From Candidatus Latescibacterota bacterium (lineage in GTDB: Bacteria > Latescibacterota > UBA2968 > UBA8231), in assembly GCA_965221775.1 (NCBI GenBank), contig CBDCSU010000006.1, positions 2,304,001 to 2,368,000 of the forward strand: DNA of 64,000 bases, written 5' to 3'. The translations under genes were made by a program, and so were the position numbers. Positions 37,223 to 46,735 of the stretch are shown piece after piece (within the stretch, counting starts at the first letter, position 1; every line of letters starts with the position of its first letter). The notes under the pieces were generated by a model, which saw only the letters and a list, made by a program, of their open reading frames with translations, was not told the DNA's origin and did not search any database.

Positions 37223-38065
37223 TTGAACTTCCGCAAGGCAGTGGTGGTCGGCGCCGGTACCATGGGCCGGGGCATCGCCCAGGTGCTTCTGGAGGCCGGC
37301 CTGCACGTGGGGCTGCACGACGCCTCGGGGGCCGTCCTCCAGGCGGCGGTCGACTCGGTCCGGGAGCGGGTGCGCCGCCGCCGCGATCGCGGAGAGATCG
37401 GCGGCGATCCGGATGAGATCGCCGGGCGGCTGCGCGCTCTCGCGGAGCTGTCGGACCTGGCCGGTACCGACCTGGCGATCGAAGCGGTTCCGGAGCGCCT
37501 CGACCTGAAGCAGGACGTTCTCGCCCGGCTCGACGCCGTGCTGCCTCCCGGGGCGGTACTGGCCTCCAACACCTCGGGGCTGGACCTGTCGGCGCTGGCC
37601 GGCGCCACCGGCCGCCCCCATCGGGTGGTGGGCCTGCATTTCTTCAACCCGCCCCCGGCCATGCCTCTGGTGGAGATCATCGCCGCGCCGCGGACGTCCC
37701 CGGAGGTGGTGACTGCCGTGGCCGGGCTGGCGCGCCGCTGCGGCAAGACCCCGATCGAGGTCGGCAACCGGCCTGGATTCGCCGTCAACCGGCTGCTCTT
37801 CGCCATGGTCGCCGAGGCGGTCCGGGCCCTGGAGGAGGGGGTCGCGTCAGCGGAGGATCTGGACCGCGCCGTGCGCCTGGGCGCCGGCCATCCCATCGGC
37901 CCCCTGGCGCTGGCCGACTTCGTCGGGCTCGACGTCTGCCTCGATATCCTCGAATCCCTCGAGGCCCGCCTCGGCCCCCGGTACGCGCCGCCCGGGCGAC
38001 TCCGCCGGCTGGTCGCGGAAGGCCGGCTGGGGCGCAAGACGGGGGGCGGGTTCTTCGACTATTGA
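37223..38065 (+). CDS. 3-hydroxyacyl(butyryl)-CoA dehydrogenase
   Basis: VVGAGTMGRGIA, IEAVPE, ASNTS, GLHFFNP, PGFAVNR, GRLGRKTG.GFFDY. Confidence 0.93.
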   Translation: MNFRKAVVVGAGTMGRGIAQVLLEAGLHVGLHDASGAVLQAAVDSVRERVRRRRDRGEIGGDPDEIAGRLRALAELSDLAGTDLAIEAVPERLDLKQDVLARLDAVLPPGAVLASNTSGLDLSALAGATGRPHRVVGLHFFNPPPAMPLVEIIAAPRTSPEVVTAVAGLARRCGKTPIEVGNRPGFAVNRLLFAMVAEAVRALEEGVASAEDLDRAVRLGAGHPIGPLALADFVGLDVCLDILESLEARLGPRYAPPGRLRRLVAEGRLGRKTGGGFFDY

Positions 38066-38177
38066 GAGATCCGCGCCACCGGGTCGTGAGGCCCGCCGCC
38101 GGGCCCGCTGCGCGGCCGCCCCGCCGGCCGACGGGGGCCGCGCCAGGCCATGAGGGCGCCCCACGGGGACCGACGCC

Positions 38178-39563
38178 ATGTTGAGATTCCCCCGCGCAGG
38201 TCTGCTGGCTGCCGGGGGGGTGCTGACCGGCGTCTTCCTGTGGCTCCGGGCCATCGGCGATCTCGGCGAGAACGTGCCCGGGATGTGGCTGGCTCTGTTG
38301 CCGGCCCTGGCCGCCTGGGCATACGCCGCCTGGCTGGTGCTGCGCTCCCCCCGCGCGGCGGCCGGAACCGCCGCCGTCGTGGCCGGCTTCGCCGTCCTCT
38401 TCCGGCTGCTGCTGCTCGACACCCCGCCTTCCCTGTCCGACGACATCTACCGCTACCTGTGGGACGCGCGGGTGCAGGCCTCCGGCGGGAATCCATATGC
38501 ACGAGCCCCGGACGCCGCCTCCCTCGCACCGCTACGGAACGACGACTGGGGGCGGATCAACCACCCCGAGCTCGTCACCATCTATCCGCCGGTGGCGCAG
38601 TGGTTCTTCCGGGCCGCCCACGCGGCATGGCCCGGGGCCACCGGGCTGAAGGCGGCCCTCGTCCTCGGCGACCTGCTGCTGCTGGCCGTGCTCTGGCGGC
38701 TGCTGAAGCATCGCGGGCAGAATCCGCTGCGGGCCCTGCTCTACGCCTGGCATCCCCTGCCCGTCATCGAGATCGCCGGCAACGGCCACGTCGATACCCT
38801 CGGTGTGACGCTGATGATGCTGGGTCTGCTGTTCCTGGCGTCGGGCCGCCGGCACGGGGCGGCCCTGGCCCTGACGGCGGCGATCCTGTCCAAGATGGTC
38901 CCCGTGCTGTGTCTGGCCGCCTTCTGGCGATCCTGGGAACCGGCGGACTCGCGGGGCTGGCGGCGGTGGCTCGATCCGATACCGCGCCGGCCCCTGGTGT
39001 GGGTGCCCCTCGGCGCGGCCGCCGCCTGGCTCGCGTACGCCGACGCCGGCGGGGCCATGTGGTCGGGGCTGCGGACCTTCGCCCTCAAGTGGCGTCACAA
39101 CGACAGCCTCTACGGCCTGGTCTACTCCCTGCTCGCCGACCCGAAGCCCGGCTGGGAGTGGGACGACGGCGCCCTGATGACGGCCCGCTGGATCTGCCTG
39201 GCGGGGCTCGCGGCGGTGACCGCGGGGGCGGCCGCCGGCTGGCGCGACCCGGTGCGCGCCGTCGCGGCCTCCACGGGGGCCCTGCTGCTGCTGTCCCCCG
39301 TGGTGCATCCCTGGTACCTGCTCTGGGTCCTGGCCTTCCTGCCCATGTACCCGGCACCGCCGTGGATGGCTTTCAGCTGGCTCGCCTTCCTCGGCTACGA
39401 GGCGCTCATGCCCTACCGCGGAACGGGGACGTGGCAGTCCTCGGGATGGGTGGCCTGGGTCGAGTACGGCCCGGTGTACCTGCTGCTCGGCTGGTGCCTG
39501 GTCCGGTGGGCCGCCGCTCGACGCGGCGCCGTGAGCAGGGAGACGGTCTCCGACCGGGCATGA
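38178..39563 (+). CDS. GT-C (GT87/DUF2029-like) integral membrane glycosyltransferase
   Basis: LSDDIYRYLWD, NPY, IYPP, YAWHPL..EIAGNGHVD, SPVVHPWY; multiple TMs. Confidence 0.82.
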   Translation: MLRFPRAGLLAAGGVLTGVFLWLRAIGDLGENVPGMWLALLPALAAWAYAAWLVLRSPRAAAGTAAVVAGFAVLFRLLLLDTPPSLSDDIYRYLWDARVQASGGNPYARAPDAASLAPLRNDDWGRINHPELVTIYPPVAQWFFRAAHAAWPGATGLKAALVLGDLLLLAVLWRLLKHRGQNPLRALLYAWHPLPVIEIAGNGHVDTLGVTLMMLGLLFLASGRRHGAALALTAAILSKMVPVLCLAAFWRSWEPADSRGWRRWLDPIPRRPLVWVPLGAAAAWLAYADAGGAMWSGLRTFALKWRHNDSLYGLVYSLLADPKPGWEWDDGALMTARWICLAGLAAVTAGAAAGWRDPVRAVAASTGALLLLSPVVHPWYLLWVLAFLPMYPAPPWMAFSWLAFLGYEALMPYRGTGTWQSSGWVAWVEYGPVYLLLGWCLVRWAAARRGAVSRETVSDRA

Positions 39564-39639
39564 AGCCGCCGATCCCGGTGCGTATATTCAATTTCTTCAT
39601 CCTCGCCGACGTCTCCTCTTCCCCGATCCAGGTCTCGTC

Positions 39640-40440
39640 GTGAGTTCCGGTACCTCTCCCTGGAAACTGTCCCTGTGCCTGCTCGCACTGGCCGCGGCCG
39701 CCTGCACCCAGGTCGCCCGCCAGCCGCGGCAGAGTGCCGTGCCCTGGTGGGAGGCCGGGGGGAACCCCGCCGGGACGGAGGAGGTCCAACAGGACACGTC
39801 CGCCCAGGCAGTGGCTGAAGCCGAAGAGGGGGTGTCCGCGCTCGAAGCCGCGGAGCCGCCCGACTCCGTCGCCGCCGCCGGGGAGAGAGCTCACCCGCCG
39901 GAGGCCGTGGAGGGTCCGGACTCCCTGGCGGCTGCCGGACCGGCCGCCGAAGCCGCTCCGGCCGGTCCCGGAGGTCCTCCGGAGGTCGAAGCTGCCCGTC
40001 CCCCGGAGAGGCCGGCACCGTCCCCGGAGGTGGTGCAGGCGCAGCGGCGGGCGTACGAGTCCCGCACTCGGGAGGACCGGGAGCGGGTCGAGCGGGTGAA
40101 CGAATACGCTCTCTGGTGCATCGAACGGGGCCTCTGGGAGGAGGCGCGGATCCACCTCGAGCAGGCCGTCGCCGTGGACAGCCTGTCGGCGAGCCTGCAC
40201 AACAACCTGGGGATCCTCTACGAACGGCTCGGAGAGCGGGAGAAGGCGCGGGCGGCGTATGAGTTCGCCGCCCGGCTGGCCCCCGGTAAGCGGTTGTACC
40301 AGGCCAATCTTGGCTACCTCCGCAGGGCCGAGGAGGCCCGCGGGGTACCGGCGGACAGCGTCGACATCGACGGACTGCCGAAGGCCAGGGAACGCCGCCG
40401 AGGGACCGCCCCGGCGCGGGAAACGCCGGAGGAAGGGTGA
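39640..40440 (+). CDS. TPR-repeat lipoprotein with Pro/Ala/Glu-rich linker
   Basis: Lipobox AAAC; low-complexity linker; TPR-like GLWEEARIHLEQA, HNNLGILYERLG..EKARAAYE. Confidence 0.82.
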   Translation: MSSGTSPWKLSLCLLALAAAACTQVARQPRQSAVPWWEAGGNPAGTEEVQQDTSAQAVAEAEEGVSALEAAEPPDSVAAAGERAHPPEAVEGPDSLAAAGPAAEAAPAGPGGPPEVEAARPPERPAPSPEVVQAQRRAYESRTREDRERVERVNEYALWCIERGLWEEARIHLEQAVAVDSLSASLHNNLGILYERLGEREKARAAYEFAARLAPGKRLYQANLGYLRRAEEARGVPADSVDIDGLPKARERRRGTAPARETPEEG

Positions 40441-43400
40441 TGCCCACCATGAACTCTCGTGAACGCCGCATCCGCACCGGCGCCCTGCTGCTGGCCGCCG
40501 CCATGGCCTGGCAGCCGGGCGTCGCCTCGGCCCAGGACATCCTGTCCTCCCAGCTGCGCCAGGGCTTCGGCAAGAACAAGGTTCGCTACAAGGACTTCGA
40601 CTGGCACTTCGTCGAGAGCGAGCACCTGCTCCTCCACTACGAGCCGGAGTTCGAGGACCTCGCCGACCGGGCCGTGGAGTACCTCGAGGAGGCCTACCTC
40701 CACATCAGCGCCCTCATGCGCCACGAGCTGTCGACCAAGCCGCCCATCGTCATCTTCAAGTCCCACTACGAGTTCCAGCAGACGAACATCATCCAGGCGT
40801 TCCTGCCGCCCGGGGTGGCCGGCTTCGCCGAGCCCCTGCGCTACCGCATGGTGATCCCCTTCAACGGCGATCTCGACGACTTCCGCAACGTCCTCACTCA
40901 CGAACTGATGCACATCTTCCAGTACGACATCGTGAACCGGGGACCGGTGCGGCGCATCTCCAACCCCATCGCGCGGCCGCCCACGTGGATCATGGAAGGC
41001 CTGGCCGAGTACTCGACGGAGGAGATGAACACCATCGACGAGATGGTGCTGCGCGACGCGGTGCTGACGGACCGGCTGATCCCTCTCGAGGTGATGGACT
41101 CGAGCTGGAACTACCTGCCGAACACGTTCCTGGCCTACAAGCAGAGCCACAGCCTGATGGAGTACATGGCGGCCAACTTCGGGCCCGAGAAGGTGAGCCG
41201 CATTCTGCGCGTGTGGGACCAGCAGACCGATACGGACCGGCTCCTCGAGCGCCTCATCGACATGGACATGAGCACCCTCGACGAGCGCTGGCAGGCGCAC
41301 ATGCGCAAGCGCTACTGGCCGCTGCTGCAGCACCGCGACTACGTCTCCGAGTTCGCCAACCGCGTCGTCGACAACGACGAGATCCACGGCCTGTACATGT
41401 CGCCGGAGTGGTCCCTGGGAGGCGACATGCTCGCCGTGCTGAGCACCGACGGGGTGGAGCAGCACGTCGACATCATCCGGGTCAGCAACGGCCGCCGGGT
41501 GCAGCGTGTCACCACCGGCATGCGCACCCGCGTCTTTGACGACCTGACCTTCGGCGACGGCACCGTCGCCTGGGCGCCGGACGGAAGCACCATCGCCCTG
41601 GTGGGCAAGGACGGTCCGAAGGACGCCATCGTCCTCTGGGACCTGTACGACAAGAAGCTGGTGAACACCCTCTCCTTCGACGATATCGAGATCGTCGAGG
41701 GACTCGACTGGGCGCCGGACAGCCGCCGCCTGGCCTTCGTGGGCACCGGCTACGGGCAGAGCGACCTCTACCTCGTGGACGTGGCCACCGAGCAGGTCCG
41801 CCAGTTGACCGGGACGTCCAGGCGGGAGGACCACCCCGACTTCCATCCCGACGGGAGGCGCCTCGCCTTCAGCGCCAAGGTGGAGGGCCAGTTCGACATC
41901 AAGGTCTACGACCTCGACACGGGGAGCCAGTCCACGCTGGTGGCCACGCCGGGCGACGACCTGTGGCCGGAGTGGACCCCGGAGGGCAACAGGCTCCTCT
42001 TCGTCTCCACCCGCGAGGGCATCAACGACCTGTTCCTGCAGGATCTCAGCGATGGCCGCGAGTACCGACTGACGCGCACCCTCTCCGGCATCATGAACCC
42101 CTCCCTGTCTCCCGACGGCCAGCAACTGGTGCTCAACACCTACTACCACAGCCGCCGGGAGATGTACCGCATGGACATGCCCACCATGCCGGAGCTGCGG
42201 CTGCGCAGCGACGAGCTGGCGGCGCGGGTCGGCGCCGGGCCGGTGGTCGCCGCCGAGGCCACCGAGGCCGGTGGCGAGAGGCCGTCCGGGCCGGACCCCA
42301 TCCTCCTCGTGCAGAAGGGGGCGGCCGACACCGCAGCCGCGGCCCTGGCCCGGGCCACCCGCCTCGGCCTGGAGGAGGCGGTGGCCATTCTCGACCGCAA
42401 GGCGGACACCAACCAGGCGATGAAGCTGGCGGAGGCCTCCGGCGGCGACGCCGGTCCGGCGGCGGCCGGCGAGGGCGGGATCCCCTCGCCGACGGGGGGC
42501 CTGGAGGACGTGGGCGATGCCCTGCGGCGGGACACGGCGCGGCTCCCGGGCAGTCCCGAGAGCGCCCTGGAAGGGCTGCCCCGGCGGCGGTACACGCCCA
42601 AGCTGGAGTTCGACGGGGTGGCTCTGCAGATGGGCTACTACTCAGGCTTTCTCGCCGGGGTGGCCCAGTTGAGCATGAGCGACCTCCTGGGCAACCACGA
42701 CCTGAACATGTTCACCGACTACGTGGGTTCCCAGGAGATCAACAACGATTTCACCTTCGCCGCCGGCTACAGCTACCATGGCCGCCGGCCGACGTACAGC
42801 GCCATGGTCTTCAACTGGAACCAGTACTTCAACGACAACGAGGGCCGGGGCCCCTTCGGGGGCTACTACGGGATCGGCGCCCGTCTCACCCGGGGGCTGG
42901 TGCGCAGCCGCCAGACCGGGGTGCTGGCGGACATGAGCTATCCCCTCGACGTGTACCGGCGTGTCGAGCTGTCGTACTCCTTCGTCGACGAGCAGCGCGA
43001 GATCGCGTGGCCGGTACAGGAGCCGATCGACGGCTACAGCACGCACCTGTTCAAGGCCGCCTACGTCCACGATTCCCTCAACATCGGGCTCCTCGGGCCC
43101 ACTGCGGGCCGGCGCTACTACCTGTCCGCCGGGCGCACCCTGGCTCTGAGGGAAGGGGACCGCAACTTCACCCACGTGGAGGTCGACTACCGCCACTACC
43201 TGCGCCTGGGCCGCTGGTCGGTCCTCGGGTTGCGGGGCACGGGCATCGGCTCCCTGGGGCGCGACGGCCTCGAGTACAACCTCGGCGGGCCGGCCTGGTT
43301 CCTGCCCTTCTACCCGGGGTACAACCTCAATGTCGGGCCGCTGCGGGGCTACGCGTTCTCCAAGTTCACCGGCACCCGCGTGGCCCTCGTCAACGGCGAG

Positions 43401-43712
43401 ATCCGCGTGCCCTTCATCCGCAACATCACCTTCGGCTGGCCCGGGACGTTCGCCATTCCCGCCGTGGACGGCGCCATCTTCGCCGACCTGGGGAGCGCCT
43501 GGAAGAAGGACCAGACCCTCGACCCGTGGCCGCTGCAGAGCCCCCACGTCGAGGTCGACCCGGCGGCGGAGCGGGTGCGCCTCCAGGGCGGCGTCGGCTT
43601 CGGCCTGCTCGTCTATTTCCTGGCGCCGCTGAACTTCGAGTTCGCCCGGCGCACCGACTTCAAGGACATCTCGGGGTGGCACATGCACTTCAGCTTCGGG
43701 CGGAGCTTCTGA
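40440..43712 (+). CDS. Zinc-peptidase + PD40/TolB-like beta-propeller + Omp85 (BamA/TamA-family) barrel fusion
   Basis: Signal peptide; FGKNKVRY; LTHELMH...WIMEGLAEY; repeats WAPDG, WAPDS, FHPDG, WTPEG, LSPDG; Omp85 LRGY motif, FADLGSAW, C-terminal FSFGRSF. Confidence 0.88.
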   Translation: MPTMNSRERRIRTGALLLAAAMAWQPGVASAQDILSSQLRQGFGKNKVRYKDFDWHFVESEHLLLHYEPEFEDLADRAVEYLEEAYLHISALMRHELSTKPPIVIFKSHYEFQQTNIIQAFLPPGVAGFAEPLRYRMVIPFNGDLDDFRNVLTHELMHIFQYDIVNRGPVRRISNPIARPPTWIMEGLAEYSTEEMNTIDEMVLRDAVLTDRLIPLEVMDSSWNYLPNTFLAYKQSHSLMEYMAANFGPEKVSRILRVWDQQTDTDRLLERLIDMDMSTLDERWQAHMRKRYWPLLQHRDYVSEFANRVVDNDEIHGLYMSPEWSLGGDMLAVLSTDGVEQHVDIIRVSNGRRVQRVTTGMRTRVFDDLTFGDGTVAWAPDGSTIALVGKDGPKDAIVLWDLYDKKLVNTLSFDDIEIVEGLDWAPDSRRLAFVGTGYGQSDLYLVDVATEQVRQLTGTSRREDHPDFHPDGRRLAFSAKVEGQFDIKVYDLDTGSQSTLVATPGDDLWPEWTPEGNRLLFVSTREGINDLFLQDLSDGREYRLTRTLSGIMNPSLSPDGQQLVLNTYYHSRREMYRMDMPTMPELRLRSDELAARVGAGPVVAAEATEAGGERPSGPDPILLVQKGAADTAAAALARATRLGLEEAVAILDRKADTNQAMKLAEASGGDAGPAAAGEGGIPSPTGGLEDVGDALRRDTARLPGSPESALEGLPRRRYTPKLEFDGVALQMGYYSGFLAGVAQLSMSDLLGNHDLNMFTDYVGSQEINNDFTFAAGYSYHGRRPTYSAMVFNWNQYFNDNEGRGPFGGYYGIGARLTRGLVRSRQTGVLADMSYPLDVYRRVELSYSFVDEQREIAWPVQEPIDGYSTHLFKAAYVHDSLNIGLLGPTAGRRYYLSAGRTLALREGDRNFTHVEVDYRHYLRLGRWSVLGLRGTGIGSLGRDGLEYNLGGPAWFLPFYPGYNLNVGPLRGYAFSKFTGTRVALVNGEIRVPFIRNITFGWPGTFAIPAVDGAIFADLGSAWKKDQTLDPWPLQSPHVEVDPAAERVRLQGGVGFGLLVYFLAPLNFEFARRTDFKDISGWHMHFSFGRSF

Positions 43713-43714
43713 GG

Positions 43715-44425
43715 GTGGCGGCCGGGCGTTGGGCGCCCGCCTGGATGGCCCTCCTGTGCCTGTGCGGATGCGCCGGCCGCGGACCCGGCATGGGCACGGC
43801 CGTGGAGTTCCGGGCGCCCTCCGTCCCCGACGCCGAGATCCGGCCCCTGCTCGAGGGCGTGGAGAAGATCGGCGTGCTCTCGGCCACCGACATCACGCCG
43901 CTGCAGGATCTGGACATCGAGAAGGTCATGGGGCGCCTCACCGACGCCACCGCCGGAGGTCTGCGCAACCTGTCCGACCGCACGGTGATCGGCCAGGACG
44001 AGATCCGCTGGCACTTCCGCGACGTGGAGCTGGACTCGGCGGCCGTCTTCAGCGACAGTCTGAAGAGCGCCATGGTGAGCGAGCTGGGCCTCGACGCCCT
44101 CGTCTTCGTCACCCTTCGCGGCCTGGACGCGCGGATGTCGCCCATGACCCCGACCCCCTACGGGGGCATGGCCGCCAATCCGAGGGTGAACATCACCGTG
44201 AACCTGCACCTGCTGCTGGTGAACCTGGCCACCGGCGGGCACTGGAGCCACGAGGGCCGGCACAGCAGCTGGCAGCCGGTGCAACTGGACCTTCTCGGGG
44301 GCGGCCGGGACCGCACCGAGCGGCAGATGCTGACGGCCCTGGCCCCGCCGCTGCGGCAGTTCCTGGCGCGGGTTGCGCCGCCGCCGAGCCGGCAGACGCG
44401 CCGCTTCGACAGCAGCGGGGACTGA
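43715..44425 (+). CDS. Lipoprotein, possibly CsgG/TolB-N-like alpha/beta fold
   Basis: GTG 3 nt after the Omp85 stop; lipobox LCGC; KIGVL, ELGLDALVFV, LLLVNLATG pattern. Confidence 0.7.
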   Translation: MAAGRWAPAWMALLCLCGCAGRGPGMGTAVEFRAPSVPDAEIRPLLEGVEKIGVLSATDITPLQDLDIEKVMGRLTDATAGGLRNLSDRTVIGQDEIRWHFRDVELDSAAVFSDSLKSAMVSELGLDALVFVTLRGLDARMSPMTPTPYGGMAANPRVNITVNLHLLLVNLATGGHWSHEGRHSSWQPVQLDLLGGGRDRTERQMLTALAPPLRQFLARVAPPPSRQTRRFDSSGD

Positions 44426-44457
44426 GCCGGCGGCAGGAGGGTTCGTCGGCGCAAAGG

Positions 44458-44496
44458 AAAAGGGGCGGCCCCGGTCGGGAGCCGCCCCTCTTTTCT
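44458..44496. terminator. Bidirectional rho-independent terminator
   Basis: Stem AGGGGCGGC / GCCGCCCCT flanked by an A-tract and CTTTTCTT, between convergent genes. Confidence 0.8.
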
Positions 44497-44527
44497 TGGT
44501 GATTTCCGCGCTATGGGCGGGGTGGGT

Positions 44528-45250
44528 TCAGCGCCGCTTCTTGCGCCGCTTGGCGGCCGAGCTGCCGCTGCTCTTCTCCTCCGAGGCCGGCTTCGACGAG
44601 CTGGAGGAGGAGGAAACGCTGCCGCTGGACTTGGAGCTTCCCGAGGGCCGGGTGGTGCGCTGACCGACGGTCGAGCGCCGCACCGTCGGCTCGACCCGCT
44701 GCGTCCAGGCGCGCTCCTGGCTCTGCCGCTGCCGCTCCCGAAGGGTGGTCTCGTCGACGGTGGGGGGCTCCGAGGTCGGCCCCCTGCTGGTGAGTCCGGA
44801 CCTGAGCTCGGACAACTCGGTGGTGGTCACCAGCTCGTACCCCGGGGGCACGTAGCTGCCGCGGGAATAGTAGGGGTCGTAGCCGTAGCCGTAGGGTCCG
44901 TAGTAGGGGCTGTAGCCGTACGGTCCGTAGCCGCCGTAGCGATAGCCGTATCCGTAGCCGTAGCCCGGGCCGTACGCGAAGGGCGACCCGAAGCCGTACA
45001 TGCCGTACCGGGAGTCGTAGCCGAAGATCGGATAGCCGCTGCCGTACGAGTCGTAGCCCGTGGTGCCCAGGCCGCGCTCGTCGGTGAACCGGCCGATGCG
45101 GGGATCGCGGTCCTCGGGCTCTTCCCAAGTGGCGGAATAGGCGGGTTCCTCGGGGGTGGTGAAGCCCCCGGGGGCCCGCAGGACGGTGTAGCAGCCGGTG
45201 GCGGAAACCACTGCCAGCGCGAGCACGAGACCTGTGAGGGATCTGGTCAT
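44528..45250 (-). CDS. Gly/Tyr/Pro-rich lipoprotein with Ser-rich, basic tail
   Basis: GGAGG RBS; lipobox ATGC-YTVL; GYGYGYRYGGYGPYGYSPYYGPYGYGYDPYY; ends AAKRRKKRR. Confidence 0.85.
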   Translation of the reverse strand: MTRSLTGLVLALAVVSATGCYTVLRAPGGFTTPEEPAYSATWEEPEDRDPRIGRFTDERGLGTTGYDSYGSGYPIFGYDSRYGMYGFGSPFAYGPGYGYGYGYRYGGYGPYGYSPYYGPYGYGYDPYYSRGSYVPPGYELVTTTELSELRSGLTSRGPTSEPPTVDETTLRERQRQSQERAWTQRVEPTVRRSTVGQRTTRPSGSSKSSGSVSSSSSSSKPASEEKSSGSSAAKRRKKRR

Positions 45251-45298
45251 GTCGCGACCTCCTGTGGGTGCGGCGCCCTCGCCGGGGCGCTCGGGGTC

Positions 45299-45326
45299 AA
45301 TATACGGAGGGAGCCTTCCCGGTCAA
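45299..45326 (-). promoter_or_regulatory. Putative sigma70 promoter for the Gly/Tyr-rich lipoprotein gene
   Basis: Minus strand TTGACC-16 nt-TATATT. Confidence 0.6.
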
Positions 45327-45364
45327 CGGCTTTCGGGGCTCGCCCGGGGGCCTCGGGGACCGGG

Positions 45365-46735
45365 TCAGAACAGGTAGCGGACTCCCATGAAGACGCGGTT
45401 CACGTCCACGTCCTCCCGCAGCTCCAGTTCGTTCTCGCCTTCGGCCTGCTCGTAGTTGCCGCGGGTATAGGCCAGGTCGATGCGCACCGCCTCCTCCACG
45501 GCGACCCCTGCGCCGAGGGTGTAGAACCGCCGGTCCCGGAGTACCCGGATCAGGGGGTTGTCGACCGGGTCCGGAGTGCGGGTCGGGTCCCGGGGCCCGA
45601 CGAAGGGCAGGGGGTCGGAGTAGTACCCGGCGCGCAGATCGACGGCCGCCCAGGGCACCTGCCACTCGGCTCCGAGGTGCCAGCGCAGGACGTCGGCGTA
45701 CTGGTCCTCGAAGGAGGTGTCGGTACGCAGCTCGAAGGGGTCGTCGTCGGTGTACTCGGTCTGGGTCCACTCGGTGGCGTGGACCGAGGCGGCCAGCGTC
45801 ACCTGTGGCACGGGCCGGCCGGAGACGCCGAGTCCGAAGGAGAGGGGCAGGGCGATTCGGTAGCTGCTCTTGAACTCCTCGCTCGGCGTCTCCACAAGCT
45901 CCCCGTTGTCGGATTCGACGGAACTGAAGTGTGGTTGGGGCGGGGCCCGCCAGGTGTAGCTGACCTTGTGCGAGGAACCGGTGGCCATGGTGACGCCGAG
46001 GCGCAGCCGCGGGTCGTCCCGGGGGGTGCGCACCATGGCGCCGAGGGTGGCGGTCCAGGTCGTGCCGTAGTCGTCGACGAAGACCTCGCGCTCGGTGAAG
46101 CGGCTCTCGTAGAAGAAGTCCTCCGTGTCGATGGAGACGAACTCCGAGGTCCACTCGTCCTCGCCGCCGATGAGGCTGAGGGTGGCGCCAACGGAGACCG
46201 AGGGGCTCACGTCGATGGCGCCGGCCACGGAGGTGATGGCCAGCTCGCCCTCGTGGCGGAAGCTGTCGTCGTAGGCGAGGCTGTCGCCGAGGACGGCCCC
46301 GGCCGCATCCCGGACCACCGGCACCAGGGGGTAGTCGAGGGCCCAATCGAAGTCCTTGACCCGGTTGAAGCCCGCCGCCAGCACGAGACTCCCCCGGTAC
46401 ACGGGCACCGGATAGACGAAGCCCAGGCTGCCGAAGCGGGTGTTGCTCACGTCGGCGATGGCACTGTTCTCGATCGGTGTCCCGAATCCGGCGACGGCCC
46501 GGTTCTGCCGGGCGTTGCGCAGGAAGGCGACGTTGATCTCGCGCTGGCGCATCTGCGCCAGACCGGCGGGGTTCCAGTAGACGGCGGTGAAGTCGTCGGC
46601 GAGGCCGGCGAAGGCGCCGCCCATCGCCATGGCGCGGACTCCGACGCCGGCGAAGTTGTCGATGGCCCGCTCTTCCTGGCCGGCGGCGGCCGTGGCCAGG
46701 ACGAGCAGGGCGATGGGGGTTCGGAAGTGGCGCAT
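45365..46735 (-). CDS. OmpP1/FadL/PorV-superfamily outer-membrane barrel
   Basis: Signal peptide; GVRAMAMGGAFAGLADD.TAVYWNPAGL; LRAGY; C-terminal GVRYLF. Confidence 0.87.
   Translation of the reverse strand: MRHFRTPIALLVLATAAAGQEERAIDNFAGVGVRAMAMGGAFAGLADDFTAVYWNPAGLAQMRQREINVAFLRNARQNRAVAGFGTPIENSAIADVSNTRFGSLGFVYPVPVYRGSLVLAAGFNRVKDFDWALDYPLVPVVRDAAGAVLGDSLAYDDSFRHEGELAITSVAGAIDVSPSVSVGATLSLIGGEDEWTSEFVSIDTEDFFYESRFTEREVFVDDYGTTWTATLGAMVRTPRDDPRLRLGVTMATGSSHKVSYTWRAPPQPHFSSVESDNGELVETPSEEFKSSYRIALPLSFGLGVSGRPVPQVTLAASVHATEWTQTEYTDDDPFELRTDTSFEDQYADVLRWHLGAEWQVPWAAVDLRAGYYSDPLPFVGPRDPTRTPDPVDNPLIRVLRDRRFYTLGAGVAVEEAVRIDLAYTRGNYEQAEGENELELREDVDVNRVFMGVRYLF

Noticed and set aside
44860-45060. 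Repeated TAGCCG/CCGTAG units resembling a tandem repeat or CRISPR array
   Set aside because: These are Gly-Tyr codons of the minus-strand lipoprotein; there is no repeat-spacer periodicity and no cas genes.
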